64,000 bases of DNA from Nitrospirota bacterium (GCA_963698885.1 CAVOSJ010000007.1:25554-89553), one strand, 5' to 3'. Positions 50,613-60,720 are shown, counted from the first letter of the stretch. The notes: a model not told the origin generated them from the sequence alone. Numbers and translations are program-made.

Positions 50613-50719
50613 GTTACCTTTTTGGAAAAAGGTAACGCCAAAAACTTTTGGACTTGTACAGCTAAAACAATTCACGATTTTCTTTTGGTTACTTTTCTTT
50701 TTTCCAAAAGAAAAGTAAC
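50613..50719. repeat. Triplex-type repeat, copy 8 (unit A then inverted unit B)
   Basis: GTTACCTTTTT-GG-AAAAAGGTAAC-GCCAAAAACTTTT ... TTTTCTTTT-GGTTAC-TTTTCTTTT-TTCC-AAAAGAAAAGTAAC. Confidence 0.9.
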
Positions 50720-50746
50720 GAATTTTTTTTAAAGGAGCTATTAAAC

Positions 50747-51469
50747 ATGATTGAGCTTATCCACCGGTACCCGGTGCTTATCAAGGTGCTTCTCGCGGTC
50801 GTCACCCTCACGTTCGTCGTTACGGGCGGATGGATGATGGGGAAAGAAGATGTAGCGGACTACGCCGCGAAGGTCGGGAAGGATAAAATAACGATGGTCC
50901 AGTACCAGGAAGCCCTGGACCGGATGCAGGAGTTCTACCGGAACCTGTACAAGGGGAATATCCCCGAGGACGTCCTGAAAAGGCTGGATTTAAACAAAAG
51001 GACGATCCAGGCCCTTGTGGACCAGAAGCTCGTAGTGGATGAGGCGCAGAAACAAGGTCTTACCGCAACGGACCAGGAAATTTCCGATGCCGTTACGCAG
51101 AATAAATCTTTTCAGGACGAGAGCGGGAGATTTGACCGCGCTCGCTATGCCCAGGTGCTCCAGGCAAACGGGATGACACCGGTATTATACGAGCACCAGC
51201 TCAGGGACGAGATGCTTGCGGAAAAGTTCCGCAATATGGTGAAGGATTCGGTTTACGTTACCGACAGCGAACTGAGGGATTTTTATAAGTCCCACCTTGC
51301 AAGCCAGAAGAAAGAGTTCGACGAAAAAGAGTTCCAGGCCCAGAAGGATAACTTAAGGAGGATGCTTACCGCGGTCATGCAGGAAAAGGCGGTGGCGTCC
51401 TTCACGGAAGACCTGAGGAAGAGCAACAAGGTAGAGATAAGCCCGTCGATACTGAATACAAATTCTTAA
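50747..51469 (+). CDS. SurA N-terminal domain (PpiD-like) periplasmic chaperone, no PPIase domain
   Basis: N-terminal TM, AAKVG..I, FQDESGRFD..Y, VYVTDSEL. Confidence 0.8.
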   Translation: MIELIHRYPVLIKVLLAVVTLTFVVTGGWMMGKEDVADYAAKVGKDKITMVQYQEALDRMQEFYRNLYKGNIPEDVLKRLDLNKRTIQALVDQKLVVDEAQKQGLTATDQEISDAVTQNKSFQDESGRFDRARYAQVLQANGMTPVLYEHQLRDEMLAEKFRNMVKDSVYVTDSELRDFYKSHLASQKKEFDEKEFQAQKDNLRRMLTAVMQEKAVASFTEDLRKSNKVEISPSILNTNS

Positions 51470-51514
51470 AGCCGCCGGGTTCCCGCTTTCTTATTTAACG
51501 AAATTTCCTGAAAG

Positions 51515-51549
51515 ACTAAAAATGCCCGCAAAAAGCGGGCATTTTCAGT
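51515..51549. terminator. Bidirectional terminator
   Basis: ACTAAAAATGCCCGC / GCGGGCATTTTCAGT between convergent genes. Confidence 0.7.
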
Positions 51550-51583
51550 TTCATTTATCGGCGCGCCACAGGGCGCCCGCGCT

Positions 51584-53764
51584 TTAGGCTAATTTAAGGT
51601 TTGCCGCCTTCGCAAGGAGCTTCTTCTTGCCGACGCTTGCAAAAAGCACAGTCAATTTCTGACATTCTCCCCTGCCCTCGGACTTCTCGATTACGCCGCA
51701 TCCCCACATTGGATGGCGCACCTGACAGCCGCTCTTGAACGGGCTGGCTACATGCCTCTCTTCAGCGACGCAAGGCATTACCGCGACCGCACGGGCCGAA
51801 AACGTGTGGGTTTCCACGTTTTTCCTCGCGGATGCGCCCATCTTGCGGCATTGGATCAGTTCAGCCGGTATCTCGTCCAGGAACCGCGATGGCCTGTTAG
51901 ACTGGGTCAACCCGGCCAGCCTCCTCGTCACGGATGAAAACAGGTAGAGCTTTTTCTTCGCCCGTGTCATCCCCACGTAAAGGAGCCTCCGTTCCTCTTC
52001 CATCTCCCGCTCGTCGCACTTCGACTGGGCGTGCGGGATAAGCCCTTCCTCCATACCCGCGATGAAAACCACCGGGAATTCGAGGCCCTTGCTAAGGTGC
52101 AGGGTCATAAGCGTTACGGCCTGGCTTGACGCCTTGGCGTTGTCCCAGTCCGTGATGAGCGAGACCTGCGAAAGATAAGCCTCCAGGGAGGGGTCTTGCG
52201 ATTCCTCCTCGAACTGCTTGATTGACGACAGGACCTCTTTTATGTTGTCGATCTTACCCTGGGATTCGGCGCCCAGGCTCTCACGCAGGTGCTCCAGGTA
52301 TCTCGTTTTGACCAGGACTTTATCAAGCAGGTACGCCGGGCCGTGCTCCGCCTTCATCTCAGCCAGTTCGGAGAGGATCGTCAGGAAGTCGCTTATCCTT
52401 CGCCTGGGGCCCGTGCCCATGCCCTCGTCCTGAACGAGCCGGTGCAGGTTATCGATAAGCGGCAGGCTCTGATAAGCGCCGGACTCCATAGCCTTCTTCA
52501 TGGTCGCCTCGCCGATGCCCCTTGGCGGGGTGTTTATAATCCGCTTCAAGCTGACGGAGTCTTTCGGGTTGGAGACCACTTTCAGGTAAGTTATAAGGTC
52601 CTTGACTTCCTTGCGGTCATAGAACTTCATCCCGCCGACGACGACGTAAGGGATCCCCTCCCTGCGGAACGCCTCTTCTATGGTGCGGGACTGGGTGTTC
52701 GTGCGGTACAGGACGGCGAAATCCTTTAGCGAGCGGCCTTCCTTTATCTGCTTGGAAATCTCTTTCGCGATACTGGACGCCTCCGCTTCCTCGTCCATCA
52801 CCCGGACGTGCTCCGCTTTATCGCCGCGGCCAAGTTCCGTCCACAGTTTCTTCGGCCGCCGTCCCGGGTTATTGCAGACCAGGGACCACGCCGCGTCCAG
52901 TATCCCCTGGGTGGAGCGGTAGTTCTGCTCCAGCTTTATGACCTTCGCGTCGGGATAGTCTTTCTCGAAATCCAGGATATTCCGGATGTCCGCGCCGCGC
53001 CAGCCGTATATGGACTGGTCGTCGTCCCCGACCACGCAGATGTTCCTGTTCTTCCCGGCGAGGAGCTTTATCATCTTGTATTGGGCGGTATTGGTGTCCT
53101 GGTACTCGTCCACCATGATATATCTGAAAGTGTCTTGGTACTTGTTCAGGATCTTGCGGTGCCCCTTGAGGAGCTGCACGGTAAGCATCAGGAGGTCGTC
53201 GAAATCCAGTACCCCGGAGTTCTTCATTCGTTCCTGGTAGAGCGGGTAAATCTTGGCCACCTTGGACTCGAAACCAAACTGTTGCGCCGCGCCGGCGAAA
53301 TCCTCCGGGGTGGCGATGGCGGTCTTCAGCGAGCTTATTTTGGCCGCTACCTGGCGGGGGGAGAAAAGCCTGTCGCTTATCCCCAGGTCGTTCATGCAGG
53401 ATTTCAGGAGCGCCAGCGAATCCGCCGCGTCAGCGATCGTGAAGTTTTTCGGATAGCCCAGCAGGCCAATGTCCTCGCGGAGTATCCTTGCGCACGCGGA
53501 ATGGAACGTGGATACCCACATTCCGCGGGCGGAACGGCCAAGAAGCTCCTCCACCCTCGCCAGCATCTCTCTGGCCGCCTTGTTCGTGAAAGTGACCGCG
53601 AACACCTCCCCCGGCTGCACACCGATTTTCTTAATCAGATATGCGATCCTGTAGGTAATGGTCCTGGTCTTGCCGCTTCCGGCGCCCGCTAAAATCAGCA
53701 GGGGTCCTTCACATTGGGTTACTGCTTCCCTCTGCTCTTTGTTTAGGTCGCCCAAAGCCTTCAT
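51584..53764 (-). CDS. pcrA: UvrD/PcrA ATP-dependent DNA helicase
   Basis: AGAGSGKT, TFTNKAA, VDEYQD, VGDDDQSIY, KGLEF, EERRLLYV; C-terminal Tudor-like domain. Confidence 0.92.
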   Translation of the reverse strand: MKALGDLNKEQREAVTQCEGPLLILAGAGSGKTRTITYRIAYLIKKIGVQPGEVFAVTFTNKAAREMLARVEELLGRSARGMWVSTFHSACARILREDIGLLGYPKNFTIADAADSLALLKSCMNDLGISDRLFSPRQVAAKISSLKTAIATPEDFAGAAQQFGFESKVAKIYPLYQERMKNSGVLDFDDLLMLTVQLLKGHRKILNKYQDTFRYIMVDEYQDTNTAQYKMIKLLAGKNRNICVVGDDDQSIYGWRGADIRNILDFEKDYPDAKVIKLEQNYRSTQGILDAAWSLVCNNPGRRPKKLWTELGRGDKAEHVRVMDEEAEASSIAKEISKQIKEGRSLKDFAVLYRTNTQSRTIEEAFRREGIPYVVVGGMKFYDRKEVKDLITYLKVVSNPKDSVSLKRIINTPPRGIGEATMKKAMESGAYQSLPLIDNLHRLVQDEGMGTGPRRRISDFLTILSELAEMKAEHGPAYLLDKVLVKTRYLEHLRESLGAESQGKIDNIKEVLSSIKQFEEESQDPSLEAYLSQVSLITDWDNAKASSQAVTLMTLHLSKGLEFPVVFIAGMEEGLIPHAQSKCDEREMEEERRLLYVGMTRAKKKLYLFSSVTRRLAGLTQSNRPSRFLDEIPAELIQCRKMGASARKNVETHTFSARAVAVMPCVAEERHVASPFKSGCQVRHPMWGCGVIEKSEGRGECQKLTVLFASVGKKKLLAKAANLKLA

Positions 53765-53804
53765 ATACTGCCGCCTTCCTGAAAAGCCAATAAAAAAAAC
53801 CTTT

Positions 53805-53900
53805 GTTACCTTTTTGGGAAAAAGGTAACACCAAAAACTTTTGAACTTAAAACCCCGCTTTTCTTTGTGTTACTTTCTTTTCCCGTGAAAAGAAAGTAAC
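53805..53900. repeat. Triplex-type repeat, copy 9 (unit A then inverted unit B)
   Basis: GTTACCTTTTT-GGG-AAAAAGGTAAC-ACCAAAAACTTTT ... GCTTTTCTTTGT-GTTACTTTCTTTTC-CCGT-GAAAAGAAAGTAAC; 4 nt from the glmS stop. Confidence 0.9.
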
Positions 53901-53904
53901 GGTT

Positions 53905-55737
53905 TTACTCCACGGTCACGCTCTTAGCAAGATTCCTTGGCTGGTCCACGTCGCTTCCCCGCAGCACCGCGATATGGTACGCCAACAGCTGGAGAGGTAT
54001 CGTCATCAGTATAGGAGAGAGGCAGGGAAGCGTCTCCGGCACGCAAAACAGGTAGTCCGCCTTCGTGTTCAGACACTTGTCGCCGTCCGTGACGAATGCG
54101 ATTACCCGCCCGCCGCGAGAGCGCACCTCCTCGATATTGGAAGACACCTTCTCGTATACCGGGTCCTTAGGCGCGAGCACCACCACGGGCATCGTCTCGT
54201 CTATCAGCGCTATCGGCCCATGCTTCATCTCTCCAGCGGGATAGCCCTCCGCATGGATATACGAAATTTCTTTCAGCTTGAGCGCGCCCTCCAAAGCCAC
54301 CGGATAGCTGTACCCGCGCCCGAGGTAAAGGAAATCGGTATTCCTGAAAAATTCCTTGGCCAGCTTTTTTATCCCCTCTTCCGTATCTAAAAGGAGCTTC
54401 TCCGCCTTAGAGGGTATCTTCACCAGTTCGTCCAGGTACATCTTCATCTGCTCATCGCTCAAGTTGCCGCGCGACTTGCCGAAATGAAGCGCGAGCAGGA
54501 AGAGCGCGGTCAGTTGGGCGGTGAAAGCCTTGGTGGACGCCACGCCGATTTCCGGCCCGGCATGGGTATATACTACGCCGTCGGCTTCCCTTGCCGCAGT
54601 GCTGCCGACGACATTGCATATCGCGACACTTTTGACACCCCTTTTGGCGGCTTCCCTCATCGCGGCCAGCGTGTCCGCCGTCTCGCCGGACTGAGTAATC
54701 GCGACAAGCAGGGTGGACTTATCTATTATCGGCTGACGGTAGCGGAATTCGCTTGCGATATCCACCTCGCAAGGTATCCGGGCCAGTTCCTCCAGCATGG
54801 TCTTGCCGATGAGGCAGGCATGCCATGAGGTCCCGCATGCCACAAGGGTTACCTTCTTTATTTTTTTCAGCTGGGCCTCGGAAATACCCATCTCATCGAG
54901 GTAAACGCTCCCCGTCTCCGGAGATATCCTGCCGCGGAAGGTGTCCGTAATCGCCCTTGGCTGCTCGTAAATCTCCTTCAGCATGAAGTGCTTGTACCCG
55001 CCCTTCTCCGCCATCACCGGGTTCCAGAGCACCCTTGATATCTCTTTCTCTTTGTGCCTGCCTTTAAGGTCCGTCACCTGCACGCCCTCGCGGGAGAGGA
55101 CCGCCATCTCGAAGTCGTCCAGGAATATCGCTTCTTTCGTATAGTTCAGGATCGGCGGGAGGTCCGACGCTATGAAATATTCCTGCCTGCCCATGCCTAT
55201 CACTAAAGGACAGCCCGCCCGCGCCGCGACAAGGATATCCGGCTCGTCCTCGGCCACCACGCCTATGGCGTACGCCCCTTTAAGCTCGGAGAGCGCCTTC
55301 CGGGTCGCCTTTACCAGGTCTCCGCCTTTCTTGGCGTGCTCCTCGATAAGGTGGGCTATCACCTCTGTATCCGTCTCCGACGTAAAGATATGCCCCTTTT
55401 CCGCGAGCTTTTCTTTAAGCTGCACGTAGTTTTCGATGATGCCGTTATGCACCACGACGAACTTCCCGGACCTGTGCGGGTGGGCGTTCTCCTCACTGGG
55501 CCTGCCATGGGTCGCCCAGCGGGTGTGGCCGATGCCGAGGTTCGAGTATAAAAGCTCGCCTTGTATAGCCGCCTCAAGGTTCCTGAGCTTCCCGACGCTC
55601 CTGCGTACGCCAAGCTTGCCGTCCTGAAAGAAGGCGATGCCGGCGGAGTCGTATCCCCGGTACTCAAGCCTCTTGAGGCCGTCAATCAGTATGGGGACCG
55701 CGTTCTGCCCGCCTATGTATCCGACAATTCCGCACAT
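53905..55737 (-). CDS. glmS: Glutamine-fructose-6-phosphate transaminase
   Basis: MCGIVG, GHTRWATHG, QSGETADT, PRNLAKSVTVE. Confidence 0.98.
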   Translation of the reverse strand: MCGIVGYIGGQNAVPILIDGLKRLEYRGYDSAGIAFFQDGKLGVRRSVGKLRNLEAAIQGELLYSNLGIGHTRWATHGRPSEENAHPHRSGKFVVVHNGIIENYVQLKEKLAEKGHIFTSETDTEVIAHLIEEHAKKGGDLVKATRKALSELKGAYAIGVVAEDEPDILVAARAGCPLVIGMGRQEYFIASDLPPILNYTKEAIFLDDFEMAVLSREGVQVTDLKGRHKEKEISRVLWNPVMAEKGGYKHFMLKEIYEQPRAITDTFRGRISPETGSVYLDEMGISEAQLKKIKKVTLVACGTSWHACLIGKTMLEELARIPCEVDIASEFRYRQPIIDKSTLLVAITQSGETADTLAAMREAAKRGVKSVAICNVVGSTAAREADGVVYTHAGPEIGVASTKAFTAQLTALFLLALHFGKSRGNLSDEQMKMYLDELVKIPSKAEKLLLDTEEGIKKLAKEFFRNTDFLYLGRGYSYPVALEGALKLKEISYIHAEGYPAGEMKHGPIALIDETMPVVVLAPKDPVYEKVSSNIEEVRSRGGRVIAFVTDGDKCLNTKADYLFCVPETLPCLSPILMTIPLQLLAYHIAVLRGSDVDQPRNLAKSVTVE

Positions 55738-55745
55738 AAAATTCT

Positions 55746-57180
55746 TCAGCTTTTCTTTTTTATTTTTCTGTTTCTGTTCTCTTTCGCCCAGTTTTCCCGG
55801 TTCATCTGCGGCGCGCGGGAAAGCGCCAGGGCGTTGTCAGGCACGTCTTTGGTTATCGTGCTGCCAGCCGCGATGAGCGCCCCGTTGCCGATATTCACCG
55901 GGGCGATGAACTGGGTGTCGCTTCCCACGAACACGTCGTCGCCTATGACCGTCTTGAACTTGGAAAATCCGTCGTAGTTGCAGGTGATGGTCCCGGCGCC
56001 TATGTTTACGTTCCTGCCGATAACCGCGTCGCCCAGGTACGTCAGGTGCGACGCCTTCGTCCCCTGTCCGATCTCAGCCTTTTTAAGCTCCACGAAATTG
56101 CCCACGCGCGCCTCGGCCCCGACGACGCTTCCGGGCCGGAGGTGCGCGAACGGACCCACTTCAGCCCTTTCGGAGATCCTGGAATCCTCGATGACCGAAT
56201 AGCCCTTGACCTTTACTCCCCCGCCGATTACGCTCCCGGAGATAATATTCCCCGGCATCAGGATGCACCCTGGGCCGATCGAAGTACTGCCCGTGATATG
56301 GTTGCCGGGATGGATTATGGTGTCCGGTCCTATTTTTACCTCGGCGGAAATGTAAGTGTTTTCCGGGTCTGTCATCGTTACGCCGGAGGCCATGAGGCGC
56401 TGGTTTATCCGTTTCCTTATTTCCTTCTCGGCCATGGCCAGTTCCGTCCGCGAGTTCACCCCCATGGCGACCATCGGGTCGTCCACCGGGAGCCCCGCCA
56501 CACTGCCGCCGTTTTTTTGCACTATCTCTATCACGTCGGTCAGGTAGAACTCCCCCTGGGCGTTTTCGGACGCGAACTTCACTGAGCGCTTTTTTAAGGC
56601 TTGCGATATCGAAGCAGTACGTGCCGGAGTTTATCTCGCCTATCTCCCGCTCGGAAGGTGTCGCGTCCTTCTGCTCGACGATCCTTTTTACTATCCCGTC
56701 TTCCCGCACTATCCTGCCGTAGCCCGTGGGGTCGTCGAGGTACGCGGTGAGGACGGTAATATCCGCCTTTTTTCGTTTATGGTATGAGATCAGTCCCTTC
56801 AGCGTCTCGTGGCCCAAGAGCGGGGTGTCGCCGGACACCAGAAGGAGCGTGTCCCCTGCCCCCCCTTTGGTCCCCTTATTGACTCCCCCCTTTGCCCCAC
56901 TGGCCGCGCCGAGCCTGCCAAGGCCGACAGAGGCCGCGTGAGCCGTACCCTTCTGCTCCTTCTGGAAGGCCGGGACAACGCCCGGCGGCAAGAGCGCCTT
57001 TACCTTATCCGCCTGGTGTCCCACTACAACCGCAGTCTTTACGGGCTTAAGCGCGAGGACGTTGTCCAGCGTGTACATCAGCATGGGACGGCCGGCCACC
57101 GGGTGCAGGACCTTCGCAAGCGATGACTTCATCCTCGTCCCGAGCCCCGCGGCCAGGATTACGCAGTAGAGGTCCTTCAC
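55746..57180 (-). CDS. glmU: Bifunctional UDP-GlcNAc pyrophosphorylase/acetyltransferase; indel near 56580
   Basis: LAAGLGTRMKS, GYGRIVR, NAQGEFYLTD, GNFVE.K, TCNYDG. Confidence 0.95.
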
Positions 57181-57914
57181 TCGGTTTCCCCCTTAAGGAC
57201 GGCCGGGGCCGGTCCGATGGCGGGAGTAACGGAAGGCTGCGTTTCGGGTACCTCAGGGGCGGGGGATGCGGAGGGCGCTTTTATAATATGGGTTATATGA
57301 TTCATATCTTCCCGGATAATGAGGCTCGGAGCCGCTATCCCAGCCGAAAGCAATATCTTTATCCCCTCTTCGATGCTGATGTCCGTCAGGATTACCTGGT
57401 CCTTTTTAAATAGCCTGACGTCCCCTAAGTAGAGGTTGTTGGTGGGGATATAGACCGTATAGTGGCATTCCTTTTCCCCGTCGCTGTTCAGGATGCTGCA
57501 CTCTTTCGTGAGGAAGCCGAACGAGTGCACCCCCTCGCGCGGATATTGCACGATGACGAACTTCTTGAACGCGGAGCGGTTCTCCGGCGAAAACGCATCG
57601 CCTAACTGCTTGAATGTGCTGTAGAAGCTTTTGAAAACCGGCAGGCGGAGCATGAAACGCTCGAACCTGTCCAGTATCTTTTTTCCAAGGACGGTGGTGG
57701 CTAAGGTACCGAAGGTATAGATGACCAGGAGCGAAAGGATAAGCCCCAGTCCGGGGTACTCGCGCCCCAGCAGTTTGTAAATCTCTCCTCCGAGTATGCC
57801 GTCTAAAATCTTGAAAAGCCAGACCACGGCGAGTACGCTTAGCACCAGCGGGAAGGTCACGAAGAGCCCCGCGAGCATCTTCTTCTTTATGGAACTTTTA
57901 TAGTCGTCAGCCAT
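57177..57914 (-). CDS. DUF502 family membrane protein
   Basis: LAGLFV..PL, RLPVFKSFY...KQ, YPREG, VYIPT, SAG. Confidence 0.85.
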   Translation of the reverse strand: MADDYKSSIKKKMLAGLFVTFPLVLSVLAVVWLFKILDGILGGEIYKLLGREYPGLGLILSLLVIYTFGTLATTVLGKKILDRFERFMLRLPVFKSFYSTFKQLGDAFSPENRSAFKKFVIVQYPREGVHSFGFLTKECSILNSDGEKECHYTVYIPTNNLYLGDVRLFKKDQVILTDISIEEGIKILLSAGIAAPSLIIREDMNHITHIIKAPSASPAPEVPETQPSVTPAIGPAPAVLKGETE

Positions 57915-58084
57915 CTTTAGTAATTACTCCTGCACTGCTTATAAAAATCGAGATTCCGCCTTTCATAATAAGCCTTTTCACTTTTAATCTCAAGTCTTTT
58001 CTTATTGCAACGCACCCTTTTTTATAGTATCATTCCCACTTCAAATACTTATCATCCTTTGGTTTTTTCAGTTTGCGAGGGGGT

Positions 58085-60604
58085 TTGGATAAAATAGGTT
58101 TTATCAATGCGTTAGGGGGCACTTCAGGCCGTATTTTAGTCCTTGACGGCGCGATGGGGACCATGCTCCAGGAATCCGGGCTTAAGCCCGGGGCGTGCCC
58201 GGAGTCTATGAACCTGGAACGCCCGGATATCGTTACGAAAATTCATCTGCAGTACGCCATGGCCGGGGCGGATATCCTGACCACCAACACCTTCGGCGGG
58301 AGCCGGATAAAGCTTTCCGAGTACGGCCTTGGCGATAAGGTAGCCGAAGTGTCACGCGCGGCGGTAAGTGCGGCCAGGGACGCGGCTGATTCATATCGCA
58401 GGGAGCGAGGCCCCGGCGCCGCGCCGGTATTCATCGCGGGCGACATGGGGCCGACGGGTAAGTTCCTCGCGCCGGTGGGCGAGCTGTCCTTCGACGACGC
58501 CTACGCCAATTTCTACGAGCAGGCAAAGGCGCTGGCCGAGGCCGGGGCGGACTTACTGCTTATTGAGACTATGTCCGATTTAAAAGAGGCCAGGTGCGCC
58601 GTGATAGCGGCGAAGGCGGCATCGTCTGAGGCCGGTCACCGGCTTCCGGTCGCCATCACTATGACATTCCAGCAGGACCTGCGGACGCTTCTGGGGACGC
58701 CGCCGGATGTCGCGGTTGCCGTGCTGGAAGCGGCCGGGGCGGACTTCGTAGGCGCAAACTGCTCCCTTGGGCCGGAAGGAATATACGAGGCGGCAAAGAT
58801 AATGGCCGCCGCCGCAACGGTGGACCTGCTGTTTCAGCCGAACGCGGGGCTTCCGAAGCTTGTGGACGGCAAGACCATATACCCGGCGTCACCCGGTGAG
58901 CTTGGCGAATGGGCCGGGAAATTCGTAGGCCTCGGAGTAAAATTGATCGGCTCCTGCTGCGGCTCCACTCCCGCCCATACTAAGGCCATAGCGGACGCCG
59001 TCAGGGAAAAAGGCGGTCTCGGCGCGCCGAGGGCGTACTGACGAAGCCGGCTACGGCGGTACCCGCCTGACCAGCCGGACGAGGCTCGTATCCGTCGGGA
59101 CGGGCTTCATGCCAGCGGTAATCGGCGAACGGATAAACCCGACCGGCAGGAAGGCGCTCTCCGAAGAGCTTTCAAATGGAGTTTTCAATATCGTGAAGCG
59201 CGAGGCCAGGGAGCAGACGCAATCCGGCGCGGCGCTGATAGATATTAACGTCGGCCTGCCCGGCGCGGACGAGGAAGCGCTAATGGCGAGTGTCGTGCGC
59301 GCGGCTGAAGGGGCGACGGACCTGCCGCTGGTCATTGATTCCACGGACCCGAAGGCGATAGAAGCCGCCTTGAAGGAAATCGGCGGAAAATGCCTCGTGA
59401 ACTCCGTGACCGGCGACAAGGAAAGATTAGAATCAATACTTCCGTTGGTTAAAAAATACGGGGCGGCGGTGGTGGGCCTTACGATTGACGACTCCGGCAT
59501 CCCGCAGACAGCCGAAGAACGGCTGAGAATCGCGGAGAAGATTCTGGATGCCTGCGTTGCCCACGGGATTCCGAAGGAAGACCTGGTGATCGACTGCCTC
59601 GTTATGACCGCATCCGCGGAGCAGGACCAGGGTCTTGAAACTTTGAAAGCGGTCTCGCTCATCAAAGACAAACTGGGACTGACCACTTCGCTTGGTATCA
59701 GCAATGTCTCCTTCGGGCTCCCGGAGAGGCCGCTGATCAATGCGACCTATCTGGCGATGGCGCTTGGGCATGGCCTGGACGCGGCGATGGTGAATCCTTA
59801 TGGTCATTGGATGAATGACGTTATTTCCAGTAGCGCGGTGCTTACTGGCCGGGATAAGGGAGCAGGGAGTTATATAAAAGGGCATAAAGGAGTTACTGTA
59901 AGATATTCTTGGAACATCCGCCTTGAAGGAAGTATAGTTGCACACTGTTCGGCGCAAAGTACGTTAACGGTCGTTACCTTAGATGACAAAATTCGCCAAG
60001 CAGTTATTGACGGCGACAAGGATAATATTGTAGCTCTTGTGGAGGAAGTCCTCGCAAAGGCATGGAGCCGATGGAAGTCGGCAATACCTGCCTCATTCCC
60101 GCACTGGAAGAAGTAGGTAAACTCTACGAATCCGGCGAGATATTCCTCCCGCAGGTGATGCAGTCCGCGGAGACGATGAAGGCGGCGTTCGCGCGGCTTA
60201 AGGTCGAGATGAAGGGGCAGTCCCGCAATGCCGGGAAGGTGCTCCTGGCGACCGTTTACGGCGACGTGCACGACATCGGGAAGAACATCCTGGCCACACT
60301 GCTTGAGAACCACGGCCTGGAAGTAATCGACCTGGGCAAGAACGTGCCTGTCGAGAGCGTCCTGAACGAGGCGGAGAAACATAAGCCCGACGTTATAGGC
60401 CTCTCCGCGCTTATGACCACCACCATGACGCAGATGGGCGCGGTGATAAAGGAACGGGACAGGCGCGGCCTGAATATACCGGTAGTCCTTGGCGGCGCGG
60501 TGGTTACGGAGAGCTACGCGAAGTCCATCGGCGCGGCGGCGTTCTCCCGCGACGCGATGGAGGCGGTAGAGATATTCAAGCGGATAATCAAGGAACGGAA
60601 ATAA
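58085..60604 (+). CDS. metH: Cobalamin-dependent methionine synthase without the C-terminal reactivation domain; indels near 59035 and 60060
   Basis: LDGAMGT, GANCS, GSCCG (Hcy domain); IGERINPTG, SNVSFGLP (pterin domain); GDVHDIGKN, SALMTTT (B12 domain). Confidence 0.88.
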
Positions 60605-60605
60605 C

Positions 60606-60720
60606 TGAGGGTGGAGCGTTCTTGTAGAAAAATTATCGTTGAACGTAAAATGGAACGACTGCCGTTCACGCATTATTGTGAATAATAATTTTTCGGAAAG
60701 AATGCTCCACGCGAAGCAAT
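60606..60720 (+). repeat. Second repeat family: ~110-nt long-hairpin element, copy 2
   Basis: GTGGAGCGTTCTT(60611-23) pairs with AAGAATGCTCCAC(60698-710); GAAAAATTAT pairs with ATAATTTTTC; homologous to 41703-41820. Confidence 0.8.

Noticed and set aside
108-53900. Palindromic repeats as a CRISPR array
   Set aside because: Copies are dispersed, not tandem with unique spacers, and no cas genes are present.
108-53900. Repeats as plain Rho-independent terminators
   Set aside because: The stems are A/T-rich, occur in both orientations and carry a covarying mirror tail that termination does not require. Some terminator activity is not excluded.
59030-59110. TGA at 59039 in metH (and at 19390 in aconitase) as selenocysteine or readthrough
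   Set aside because: In metH the downstream domain is in a different frame. In aconitase the next frame has a second stop (TAG at 19399) within a locally garbled segment. Both fit indels.
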